This document shows positions 56,988 through 64,000 of a stretch of 64,000 nucleotides of DNA, piece by piece. This stretch comes from Patescibacteria group bacterium (lineage in GTDB: Bacteria; Patescibacteriota; Minisyncoccia; Phycocordibacterales; UBA12079). How positions within the stretch are numbered: the stretch's first letter is position 1; each line of letters starts with the position of its first letter. A model generated the notes under the pieces. The model was given only the letters and a program-made list of their open reading frames with translations. It made no database searches and was not told the origin of the DNA. The DNA lies in NCBI GenBank assembly GCA_043800905.1, contig JAZDMO010000007.1, positions 1,627 to 65,626 of the forward strand, given 5' to 3'. The position numbers and the translations under genes were made by a program.

Positions 56988-57815
56988 TCATACAACGTCT
57001 GCAAAATATCTTTCGGTTTTTTTGAAAAAATAAAATCCTATTAATAAGACTATTAGACAAACAGTTCCTGAAATTGTTAAAAGTGTCCAATTTATTGGGG
57101 CATTTCCTAATAGAGCTGCACGAGAGGCTTTAATTACTCCAGTCATAGGATTTAAGGCCAAAAGCCATGAATATTTTCCTACAATACTAGCTGGATAAAT
57201 TACTGGGGTGACAAACATCATTATGGAAATGAAAAAAGGTAAAGCATAACGAACATCGCGATATTTAACATTTATAGAAGCAAGAAATAGACCACCTCCT
57301 ACTGAAGCCATAAAAGTAATAAATAGAAGTAGGGGAATAATTAAAAGCCCAATTAAATTTGGTGTGTATTGATAATAAATCATCATTCCAACTAAAATAG
57401 TGGAGGCTATGAAAAAATCAACAAATTTTGTGATTGTAGATGAAATAGGTAAAATTATTCTTGGAAAGTAAACCTTAGTGATAATTCCTTGATTAGAAAT
57501 TAAACAATTACTTACATCTGATAAAGAAGCAGAAAAAAATTGCCAAAATAAAAGTCCAGAGTAAACAAAGATTGGGTAAGGAATTCCGTCTGAAGGCATT
57601 TTAGCAAAGTTTCCGAAAAATATGGTGAAAACAACCATCGTCATGAAAGGTTGAAAAAGAGCCCATAAAATTCCTATGGCTGTTTGTTTGTAGCGAACTT
57701 TAATATCTCTCCAAGTTAGGAAATACAATAATTCTTTGTATTGCCAGATTTCTTTTAAATCGTTAAAACTAAAAGTTTTTTTCGGTTTAATTATGGTTGT
57801 CTTTGAGTTATACAT
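56988..57815 (-). CDS. wzm: ABC-2 type polysaccharide export permease
   Basis: Six TM helices, 275 aa, immediately upstream of and co-oriented with the ATPase. Confidence 0.75.
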   Translation of the reverse strand: MYNSKTTIIKPKKTFSFNDLKEIWQYKELLYFLTWRDIKVRYKQTAIGILWALFQPFMTMVVFTIFFGNFAKMPSDGIPYPIFVYSGLLFWQFFSASLSDVSNCLISNQGIITKVYFPRIILPISSTITKFVDFFIASTILVGMMIYYQYTPNLIGLLIIPLLLFITFMASVGGGLFLASINVKYRDVRYALPFFISIMMFVTPVIYPASIVGKYSWLLALNPMTGVIKASRAALLGNAPINWTLLTISGTVCLIVLLIGFYFFKKTERYFADVV

Positions 57816-57901
57816 AAATTGTTTGTTTATGAAATAATAACAATTTATTCATTTTTTTTCCACTGTTTGTCTGAAAATGGCTGTGATATAATTTTGATAT
57901 T

Positions 57902-58306
57902 ATGCTTGATAAAAAAAGATTTTCTATTGTTTTAATGGTTTTAATCTATGTAATTTTGATTATGGATATACTGGCTTTTAGATTTTTCCTTTATTGGCGC
58001 TTTTGGTGGTTTGATATAGTAATGCATTTTTTGGGTGGAATTTGGATAATGTTGGTGAGTTATTATATTTTTTATCTTTCGGATTATGCTGAGTATGTAA
58101 GACATTTGAGTAAAAAATATTCTCCTTTTATTTTATCTTTGTCTTCAATTGCTTTTGTGGGAATTTTTTGGGAATTGTTTGAATTGACAACTAAAGTTTC
58201 TATTCAATCAAATTATGTTTTAGACACAAGTTTAGACTTGTTTATGGATATGAGTGGTTGGATAGTGGCTTATACCTATGTGGAAAAAAGAACAAGAAAG
58301 CGTTGA
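57902..58306 (+). CDS. hypothetical integral membrane protein
   Basis: 134 aa, four predicted TM helices. Confidence 0.3.
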   Translation: MLDKKRFSIVLMVLIYVILIMDILAFRFFLYWRFWWFDIVMHFLGGIWIMLVSYYIFYLSDYAEYVRHLSKKYSPFILSLSSIAFVGIFWELFELTTKVSIQSNYVLDTSLDLFMDMSGWIVAYTYVEKRTRKR

Positions 58307-58336
58307 TATTTTTTAAATTAAAAAATTAAAACTTTA

Positions 58337-58641
58337 TTCGCAATGATATTTATTTACTGGATTGCCACACCGAGCGCCAAAAACTTTAATTAAAGTTTTT
58401 GGTGCTCGGCTCGCAATGACGAACGAACGGATGTTGGACCTGCCTGCCGGCAGGCAGGTTGCCATGATATCGCTCGCAATGACGAGATGCTGGGTTGCTT
58501 CGTAAACTCGCAATGACGAACTGACGAATAAACACTGGATTCCTCCCAAGCCTACCTGCCCCCGCCTGCCGGCGTGCAAGGGCAGGCAGGGCGGACAAAT
58601 GCCACAGAATTTTTTAAAACAAAAAATTCTTCGCAATGACG
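58337..58641. mobile_element. approx. 300-bp cluster of nested GC-rich repeat modules
   Basis: Contains ctggattgcc, ctcgcaatgacg three times, the 20-bp palindrome 58439-58458, gacgagatgctgggttgcttcgtaaactcgcaatgacg (inverted at 13215-13260), and tggattcctcccaagcctacctgcccccgcctgccggcgtgcaagggcaggcagggcgg (copy at 63775-63835). The ORFs tracked here on the minus strand are translations of the repeats. Confidence 0.6.
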
Positions 58642-58838
58642 ATAATTTTTTGGGATGTTTTTTCTTTGTTTTTTATGTTGTTTTTTGGTATAATTTTTCG
58701 GTTATACTTAACAGAGTTGCAAGTTTTTAAAGTTTATAAAATTCGTAAAGTTTATCTGTAGGTAGATAGAAAATTACTTTGTAATTTTTTCGAAATATTT
58801 TTTGACTTTAAATCTGTATTAGAAATTAAAATACTTTT

Positions 58839-60554
58839 ATGTTAAACAAAATAGGTTTAGGTAGTGTCCAAAATAGAATAATGAGGATCAAGGAACTTCG
58901 TCGCAATCAAAGAATTTTGATTTTATTAGTAATATTGATTTTGGCGGTGGTGTTATATCAACAGGTAGTCATCAAAGATATTTTAGAAGAAACTGTAATG
59001 ACTTCAGAGGCAAGACTGGTAGAAGTTTCTTCTGTTAAAGATTTAACACTTGATAATACTCCTTTACCTTTATTGGGAAAGGTTCAGTCTCAATCATCGG
59101 CAATAATTTATTCTCAGAGTGCTGGGGAGGTAATTGGTTTGTATAAAAAAGAAGGAGATTTTGTTTGGGCAGATCAAATCATCGGAGAAATAGATAATTG
59201 GGCTCAAAGATCAACTGTAATTCAAGCTGAAGCAAATGTTGAAATGGCAACTGCCCAACTGGAAAAAATTAAAAAAGGTGCTAGGGAAGAACAAATTTCT
59301 ATTCTAAAAGCCACTTTGAATAATTCCCAAAATTCTTTAAACGAAACTAAGGCATCGGTTATCAATACTTTAAATGATGCCTACGGAAAATCAGATGATG
59401 CTATTCGTAATAAAATAGATCCTATGTTTCGAGACCCTCGCAACGAGGCTCCGCAGTTACTTTTTTCTGTGAATGATTCTCAGTTAGAGATTGATTTGGA
59501 ATGGGGAAGAAGAATAATTGAAGAAATGTTGAAAGTTTGGGAAAAAGAATTAAGTGTTTTAAACACGGAAGCGGATTTAATTAAAGCTTTGAACACTGCA
59601 AAAGATAACGTGGATTCGGTGAGAACTTTTTTGGATAAAATGGCGACGGCTGTTAATGTGCTAACTCCTAATTCTAATTTATCAGAAACAACAATTGCTA
59701 CATGGAAAGCAAATGTAAGTGCTAGCCGATCGGTTATTAATTTGGTGGTGGCAAGTATTCCGGCTTCTATTAATTCTTTAAATGGAGCTAATTCATCTTT
59801 AAGTATCGCTCAATTAAATTATGAACAAGCTCTTTCTGGAGAGAGAACAGAAGATATCATCAGTGCTGAAGCTCAGTTAAAACAAGCGCAGGCAGGTTTA
59901 CAGGTGGCTTATTCTTCTTTAGAAAAAACTATTTTAAGAGCTCCGATTAGTGGAACCATTAATGATCTTGGTTTTGAAAAAGGTGACTTTGTATCAACCT
60001 ATGCTCCTTTGGTAACAATTGCGAATAATGCGAAACTTGAAATTGTTTCTTATATTACAGAAGTAGATCGAAGTGATATTCAGGTTGGAGCAAACGTTTT
60101 AGTTGGTAAAAAATGGAAGGGAACGGTAAAGACTATTGCTCCCGCTTTAGATTCTCAAACTAAAAAAATTAAAGTAGAAATTTCTTTGATTGATTCTGAT
60201 GTTCCTTTAACTAATGGACAATCTATTGCTTTGTTGGTTGAGAGGTTTGTTAAGAAAGAAGGTTCCTTAAGTGAATTTTCGGTGCCGATTTCTGCTATTA
60301 AAATTGGAGCTGATAACACGGTAGTTTTCACTATTAACAATGAAAATCGTTTGGTGGCCCATCCTGTTTTAACCGGTCCAATTTTAGGGGAAAAAATTAC
60401 TATTTTAGATGGAGTAACTGAAGATATGGTTATTGTGACGGACGCTCGTGGTTTGCGGGAAGGACAAGAGGTCGTTTTAGCTCCTTCTTTAGGAACCTCT
60501 AATCCAGAGAAAAAAGAAACAGATTCGACATTAAATAATCTAAATCAAAATTAA
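58839..60554 (+). CDS. HlyD-family membrane fusion (periplasmic adaptor) protein
   Basis: N-terminal TM anchor, long coiled-coil region, and a C-terminal beta-barrel/lipoyl-like segment (APISGTINDLGFEKGDFVS). Confidence 0.7.
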   Translation: MLNKIGLGSVQNRIMRIKELRRNQRILILLVILILAVVLYQQVVIKDILEETVMTSEARLVEVSSVKDLTLDNTPLPLLGKVQSQSSAIIYSQSAGEVIGLYKKEGDFVWADQIIGEIDNWAQRSTVIQAEANVEMATAQLEKIKKGAREEQISILKATLNNSQNSLNETKASVINTLNDAYGKSDDAIRNKIDPMFRDPRNEAPQLLFSVNDSQLEIDLEWGRRIIEEMLKVWEKELSVLNTEADLIKALNTAKDNVDSVRTFLDKMATAVNVLTPNSNLSETTIATWKANVSASRSVINLVVASIPASINSLNGANSSLSIAQLNYEQALSGERTEDIISAEAQLKQAQAGLQVAYSSLEKTILRAPISGTINDLGFEKGDFVSTYAPLVTIANNAKLEIVSYITEVDRSDIQVGANVLVGKKWKGTVKTIAPALDSQTKKIKVEISLIDSDVPLTNGQSIALLVERFVKKEGSLSEFSVPISAIKIGADNTVVFTINNENRLVAHPVLTGPILGEKITILDGVTEDMVIVTDARGLREGQEVVLAPSLGTSNPEKKETDSTLNNLNQN

Positions 60555-60558
60555 TTTC

Positions 60559-63500
60559 ATGAAAGATTTTTGGACTTTTTTTATAAGAAAAAGAGCGTTC
60601 ACTAGTTTATTAGTTATTTCTTTAACAATTGCTGGGATTTTTTCTTTGGTTAAAATTACCAAAGAGTCATCTCCTGAAATTCAAATTCCTTTAGCGATTG
60701 TTTCTACTTTTTTACCAGGGTCTTCTGCTTACGATACGGAAAGATTAATTACGGATAAGATTGAAGACCAATTGATTAATAATCTTGATACTGTAAGTAA
60801 GGTATCTTCTACTTCGGGGGAAGGAATTTCTTCAATTACAGTAGAATTTAATGCTGATGCTGATATTCCTAGTTCAATTCAAAAGGTTAAAGATGAGGTA
60901 GATAAAGTTAAGGGAGAATTGCCAACTGAAGCTGAGGATCCTATTATTTCTGATATTAATTTTGCCGATCAGCCGATTTTAATGTTTTCTATTTCTAGCG
61001 ATTTACCAACAACCGAGTTTATTAAATTAGCTGATAATGTTGAAGCAAAATTAAAAACTGTTAGTGGTGTTTCTAAGTTAGGTATTAGTGGTATTCAAAA
61101 AAGAGAGGTACAAGTTATCGTTGATAAGGCAGCCTTATCTAAATTTAATTTAGGGATTTCTGATTTAGTTTCTGCTATTTCTCGCGCCAATAGTTCTATT
61201 CCGGTAGGAAATATTGAAATTTCTGGAATTAAATATCCGTTAAAATTTAAAGGAGATATTACCGATACCGCCGTGATTAAAGATATTCCGGTTTTGAATT
61301 TGGGAGGGGAAGTTATTTATGTTAGAGATTTAGCCTTTGTTTCAGATGGGGTTTCCCAACAAAATTCTTATTCTCGTATTAGCTTGGACGGAGAGCCTTC
61401 TCAACAAGCGGTTTCTTTCTCTGTTTATAAAAAACGTGGTGGAGATATTACTTCTATTGTGAATGGAGTAAAAAAATCTATAGAAGAAATGCAAAACGGT
61501 GGAATTTTAGAGGGATCCGAAGTTTTGTATTCGGTGGATATGGCAGAATATTTGAAAGACGATTTAAATAATCTTTCGGGTTCTGGTTTGGTAACCGTCT
61601 TTCTGGTGGTGATGATTTTGTATTTATCTATCGGTTGGCGAGAAGCTTTAATCGCTGGTTTAGCTATTCCATTTTCCTTCTTAATTGCCTTTATCGGTTT
61701 GTATTCTAGTGGAAACACTATTAATTTTATTTCTTTGTTTGCTTTGATTTTAGCGGTCGGAATTTTGGTCGATTCTGCCATTGTGGTAACGGAAGCGATG
61801 CACACCAAAATTAAAGATGGAATGGGTGGAAAAGAATCAGCTATCGCAACTATAAAAGAATTTTATATGTCTTTGACCTCAGGGACCATGACTACGGTGG
61901 CCGCTTTTTTCCCTTTATTTTTTCTGTCAGGAATTATGGGTAAGTTTGTGAGTGGAATTCCTTATACTTTGATTTTTGTTTTGTTTGCTTCTTTGTTTGT
62001 TGCTTTAGGAATTGTGCCTTTAATTGCCATGTTAGTTTTGAAAAAAAATGGAAATTCAAATGGTAAGTTGTTTAAATTCCAAACTAAATACAATAATCTT
62101 CTTAAAGATTGGTATGAAGTTCGCTTGAAAAATATTATTTTAAATCGAAAATTTCAAAATAAATTTTTATGGGCTATGGGAATAGCTTTGGTGTTATCTT
62201 TTATTTTACCTTTAAGTGGTTTATTAAAAACGACCTTATTTCCAGATGAAGATCAAAAGTTTATTTATGTAGATGTGGAGATGCCTCAAGGAACTGTTTT
62301 GGCAGAAACTGATATGGCGGTGCGAGCAGTAGAGGAAATTCTTTATAATCAACCTTTTATAGAATCTTTTGAAACTAGTGTTGGGGCAACAAATTCTTTC
62401 AGTAATTCAGGATCTAGTTCTGGTGAAAAATTTGGAAATATGACGGTGATTTTGCGTAAGGATAGGAGTAAAACCAGTTACGAAATTGTTGAAGTTTTAA
62501 GAAAAGAATTGGCTCCTATTAAAATTGCAAAGGTAATTGTTGCTCAGCCAGGAAGCGGGCCTCCTTCAGGAGCACCGATTACAATTAAATTTTTTGGAGA
62601 TGATTTAGATAATTTGGAAAAGGTTGTTTTTCAAGCAGGTGAGGTTTTGAAAGAAATTTCTGGGACTGTTGATGTGACCAATAGTATGGAAAATAATGTA
62701 ATTGAATTTGTTTTATCTATTGATAGGGCAAAGCTGGCAGAAAATAATCTTTCTCCTGTTTCTTTAGCACAGGTTTTAAGAACTTCTATTTATGGTGTCG
62801 ATGCTACAACTATTAAAACAGCTGGGGAAGATATTGATGTTTTGGTTAAATTAAATTTAAATTCAGAAAATATTGATCCCAGCTTAACTTCTCAAACAAC
62901 AGTAGATGCTATTCGCCAAATGGAAATTAGTACACCACAAGGAAAGGTTTTGTTGGGTTCTTTGCTGGATATTAGTTTAAGTAAAAATAATTCTTCGATT
63001 ATTCATGAAGATGGAGATCGAGTAGCGACTGTTTCCAGTCAGTTGGCAAAGGGGGCAAACGCTGTAGAAATTAATAAAGAATTTCAAAAAAAGATTGATG
63101 ATGGAACCTTATCTATTCCAGAAGGGATTAGGTTGAAGACTGGAGGAGAAAATGAAGATATTATGAAAACTTTTACTGAAATGTTAATGGCTTTAGTTGC
63201 TGGATTGCTTTTGGTGATTGTGGTTTTGATTTTACAATTTGATTCTTTCAAACAAACTTTCTTTATTGTGGTGGGAGTGATGATGTCATTGATCGGAGTT
63301 TTGGTCGGTTTGACTATTACAGGAAATGCTTTTTCTTTCCCTTCTTTTATTGGAGTGATTGCTTTGGCTGGAATTGTGGTAAATAATGCTATTATTTTGA
63401 TTGATACCATGAATTCTATGCGAATGGAAAAACCAGATTTAGAATTAGTTGAGGTGGTAATTCAATCTTCAATTACACGTTTGCGTCCAATTTTGTTAAC

Positions 63501-63651
63501 GACCTTAACTACTGTGATTGGTATGGTACCTTTGATTTTTGCTTCTAGTATGTGGGCTCCTTTGTCATTTTCAATTATCTTTGGACTTTCTTTTGCAACT
63601 GTGATTACTTTAATTTTGGTACCAGTTTTGTATGTGAGATATACGAAATAA
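60559..63651 (+). CDS. RND superfamily efflux permease (AcrB/HAE-type, 12 TM, 1030 aa)
   Basis: Two large periplasmic loops and the duplicated 6-TM architecture. Conserved TM4-like GLAIPFSFLIAFIGLY and TM10-like segments. Confidence 0.85.
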   Translation: MKDFWTFFIRKRAFTSLLVISLTIAGIFSLVKITKESSPEIQIPLAIVSTFLPGSSAYDTERLITDKIEDQLINNLDTVSKVSSTSGEGISSITVEFNADADIPSSIQKVKDEVDKVKGELPTEAEDPIISDINFADQPILMFSISSDLPTTEFIKLADNVEAKLKTVSGVSKLGISGIQKREVQVIVDKAALSKFNLGISDLVSAISRANSSIPVGNIEISGIKYPLKFKGDITDTAVIKDIPVLNLGGEVIYVRDLAFVSDGVSQQNSYSRISLDGEPSQQAVSFSVYKKRGGDITSIVNGVKKSIEEMQNGGILEGSEVLYSVDMAEYLKDDLNNLSGSGLVTVFLVVMILYLSIGWREALIAGLAIPFSFLIAFIGLYSSGNTINFISLFALILAVGILVDSAIVVTEAMHTKIKDGMGGKESAIATIKEFYMSLTSGTMTTVAAFFPLFFLSGIMGKFVSGIPYTLIFVLFASLFVALGIVPLIAMLVLKKNGNSNGKLFKFQTKYNNLLKDWYEVRLKNIILNRKFQNKFLWAMGIALVLSFILPLSGLLKTTLFPDEDQKFIYVDVEMPQGTVLAETDMAVRAVEEILYNQPFIESFETSVGATNSFSNSGSSSGEKFGNMTVILRKDRSKTSYEIVEVLRKELAPIKIAKVIVAQPGSGPPSGAPITIKFFGDDLDNLEKVVFQAGEVLKEISGTVDVTNSMENNVIEFVLSIDRAKLAENNLSPVSLAQVLRTSIYGVDATTIKTAGEDIDVLVKLNLNSENIDPSLTSQTTVDAIRQMEISTPQGKVLLGSLLDISLSKNNSSIIHEDGDRVATVSSQLAKGANAVEINKEFQKKIDDGTLSIPEGIRLKTGGENEDIMKTFTEMLMALVAGLLLVIVVLILQFDSFKQTFFIVVGVMMSLIGVLVGLTITGNAFSFPSFIGVIALAGIVVNNAIILIDTMNSMRMEKPDLELVEVVIQSSITRLRPILLTTLTTVIGMVPLIFASSMWAPLSFSIIFGLSFATVITLILVPVLYVRYTK

Positions 63652-63677
63652 ATATATAAAAGCTTGATAAAAAATAA

Positions 63678-63712
63678 AAAAGCGATAATTTTAAATTATC
63701 GCTTTTTTATTA
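63678..63712 (+). terminator. intrinsic terminator after the RND gene
   Basis: aaaaagcgataattttaaattatcgcttttttatt. Confidence 0.6.
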
Positions 63713-63774
63713 TTCCATTTTTAGAAGTAAAACCTTCGCCTTTAGGTGATTATTCAAACATTTTTTTAAAATCT

Positions 63775-63965
63775 GGATTCCACCCAAGCCTACCTGCCCC
63801 CGCCTGCCGGCGTGCAGGGGCAGGCAAGGCGGACAGGTGCCACACAAGGTTTTTTGATTTTTCTTCAAAAATCAAAAAACTGTATAATTATGACGACCGT
63901 CATAATTATACAGTTTGTTTTTTTTGCTAGACCTGTCTACTGGCAGGCAGGCTTGGGTGGAATTC
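63775..63965. mobile_element. approx. 190-bp MITE-like element with approx. 25-bp terminal inverted repeats and nested internal palindromes; further family modules run to the window end
   Basis: Left end ggattccacccaagcctacctgcc, right end ggcaggcaggcttgggtggaattcc. Internal cctgccggcgtgcaggggcaggc, the hairpin ttgatttttcttcaaaaatcaa, and the perfect 16-bp-arm palindrome ctgtataattatgacg-a-ccgtcataattatacag (63880-63913). Confidence 0.6.
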
Positions 63966-64000
63966 CGCCTCTAACCGTCTCTGCGAGCTTGCGAAGCAGT

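Noticed and set aside
58334-58636. 100-aa and 70-aa minus-strand ORFs (also 63664-63930 on the plus strand) rich in Arg/Ala/Gly
   Set aside because: They lie entirely within the GC-rich repeat clusters. Their amino-acid composition simply reflects repeat GC content and there are no start or RBS signals, so they are repeat translations.

Overview
The window reads as an AT-rich (roughly 30-35% GC) bacterial chromosome segment in standard genetic code. Gene content (a complete type IV pilus/competence cluster, ComFC, lamin-tail-domain surface protein, many glycosyltransferases, few biosynthetic genes) fits a small-genome CPR/Patescibacteria-like organism; that placement is inference. Almost all genes are on the + strand.

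Layout, left to right:
- 1-1.5 kb: 3' part of serS, truncated by the window edge, then an NYN-domain gene remnant.
- 1.7-4.9 kb: a small defence/addiction islet: a DUF262(ParB-like)-HNH endonuclease of the GmrSD/type IV restriction kind, sppA, and an HTH-Panacea(DUF4065) antitoxin-like gene overlapping a RelE-like toxin candidate.
- 4.9-7.4 kb: a GT-C/TPR membrane protein, a hypothetical protein, and a GC-rich islet holding an 86-codon ORF.
- 7.4-22.8 kb: comFC on the minus strand, then a type IV pilus locus: pilM-N-O, pilB, pilT, pilC, two near-identical major pilin paralogs, further pilins/pseudopilins with unusual tandem mosaic prepilin-leader cassettes, pilD, and a PilX-like gene.
- 22.9-29.6 kb: ligA, gatC, gatA, a cluster of five tRNAs (Met initiator-like, Met/Ile2 CAU, Asp, Thr GGU, Thr CGU) plus a degenerate tRNA duplicate, and rsmI.
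- 29.7-34.7 kb: a DUF4015-like hydrolase, a TraD/VirD4-like P-loop ATPase, and a double lamin-tail-domain surface protein.
- 34.7-57.8 kb: a roughly 23-kb ABC-transporter-dependent glycan locus. It holds an SDR epimerase/dehydratase, many GT4, GT2, GT9, GT47-like and DUF616 glycosyltransferases, FkbM and class I methyltransferases, a B12-binding radical SAM enzyme, an acetyltransferase, a Helicobacter-like GT11 plus GT10 fucosyltransferase pair (the GT10 fused to a methyltransferase-like domain that also occurs as a standalone paralog), and wzm/wzt with a Wzt C-terminal glycan-binding domain.
- 58.8-63.7 kb: an HlyD/RND efflux pair.

The most unusual layer is a family of GC-rich, modular, palindromic MITE-like repeats. 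Recurring modules are ctcgcaatgacg/cgtcattgcgag, cctgcctgccggcaggcagg, gtctctgcgag and gcaatccag termini. They sit in many intergenic regions, split a four-helix-bundle gene, and are inserted in frame inside at least three protein-coding genes, reminiscent of Rickettsia palindromic elements. No CRISPR array or rRNA was seen.
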